Assembly (NCBI GenBank): GCA_002633005.1
Contig: NMRA01000011.1
Span: forward strand, 377,395-441,394
Direction of reading: 5' to 3'
Length of the DNA stretch: 64,000 nucleotides
Source of the DNA: Phoronis australis
Lineage: Eukaryota; Animalia; Phoronida
Positions 62,884 through 64,000 of this stretch are shown here, piece after piece. The notes under the pieces are model-generated. The model was given only the letters and a program-made list of their open reading frames with translations. It had not been told where the DNA came from and ran no database searches. The position numbers and the translations under genes were made by a program. Each line of letters starts with the position of its first letter. Positions within the stretch are counted from its first letter, which is position 1.

Positions 62884-64000
62884 GTAAGGGCAGTTTGTTA
62901 TTCAGTGTTTTAAAGAGACTTGAAGCTGCAAGGTTACTGGCAAACCGGGGTTGTAGTCTGATGACACATCAAGTGTCCTATTGTCACTGCTAGGAAAGTA
63001 TTTCTTTCATCTTGTTTTTGATAAGGAAATGCCAGCAAAAGTTTCAAGACCTGAATCGAATGCAGTTTGCTTGTTGGAGTAAGGAATGAACGCACACTTT
63101 GTAATTTTTTTTCAACAAGCCATTACAAAGCACCTCTCAGTCACCATAAACATTTAGGTTAACGCTGCCTGGGGGGCACTTAAATTGGCATGTTTGGAAA
63201 TCGGAAGTGGGCGCTTAACTAGAGATGGGCACTCAAAATGGCATTTTAAGAAAGTGGTGGGGGTTTACCCAAACGTGCGCTTAACCCGATCCAAGCAGTG
63301 GACTCTTCGTGTTGCTTAAGTGAGACTGTAGCCGGCCTGCCTCGCCTCTCTGGTGTGCTGTGGTGGTCATAAGCTAACTAAATGTTGTAATGATGGATTT
63401 TCTAATTTCACATGGTTGTGTAATATTCATTGACCTCTTGAGAAGCTTGGACACAACAGAAATGGTGAAGGTTTCCTAACAGGTTGTTCCAGCCATTTCT
63501 TAAGTTGGTTTATCGCCAATGCATCATCACTCCAGTCAAATGTTCCCAGTAATTGAATATCTTGCATCAGCTGAGCTGCTTTCTGTCTTGGGCGATTGAA
63601 TTTATTCCCCTGTCATCCCCATCAAGAAAATTATCTGTAATTTATGCTTAACTTAGCTTTGCCTGGCAATTTATTGTATTAAGTATATCTCAAACCTTAT
63701 TAACAAAAATTGGCCGTTTTTATTATGTTTCACATATGTCTGGCAATATACGTTATCTTCATTCTGGGGGAACTTCAAATACAAAATACATGTCGTCTAG
63801 CAAGAAAAAAAGATTTAGCAGAACCACCTTAGAATCGCACAACCCCATGGAAATTTGTTTACCACTCATGTGAGGTCAAAGGTTACGAAGCTGTCACTCA
63901 AATTGAATCTCCCGCCAGGCATAGTGCAGTTCCCTATGTAACCTCAGTCCTTTCATTCACTGTGTCATTATAATATTGAGTCAACGAGGTGTACATACAT

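Overview
Eukaryotic (bilaterian invertebrate-type) genomic DNA from a draft assembly, with N-gaps at 4068-4739 and 49345-49498 and several single-n joins. Four spliced genes can be rebuilt by hand from GT-AG sites and phase matching. (1) The TM3-TM7 part of a divergent SIFamide/NPFF-receptor-family GPCR (+, 11102-13332); its TM1-TM2 exon was not found. (2) A complete membrane mucin of about 1422 aa (-, 27335-18241): signal peptide, Met/Ser/Thr 22-aa repeats arranged in a 591-bp higher-order repeat, SEA, EGF, TM and a Tyr-containing tail. (3) A complete 10-coding-exon ERCC1 (+, 33831-41171, 326 aa). (4) The first two exons of CaMKII (+, from 52411, continuing past the window end). The rest is rich in transposon debris: an ISL2EU-like THAP element, hAT-like MITEs with 5-bp TSDs, Kolobok- and pogo-like MITEs, Helentron-type elements carrying arrays of CTCF-like motifs, an L2/CR1 3' end, decayed Penelope-like elements, a tRNA-derived SINE, and many mini/microsatellites. 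No CRISPR array, rRNA or intact tRNA was seen. I found no clear-cut new biological system. The best leads are the Met-rich mucin, the CTCF-like motif arrays, two ERCC1 splicing oddities and the divergent GPCR. All family assignments come from motif recognition by eye, not from database searches.
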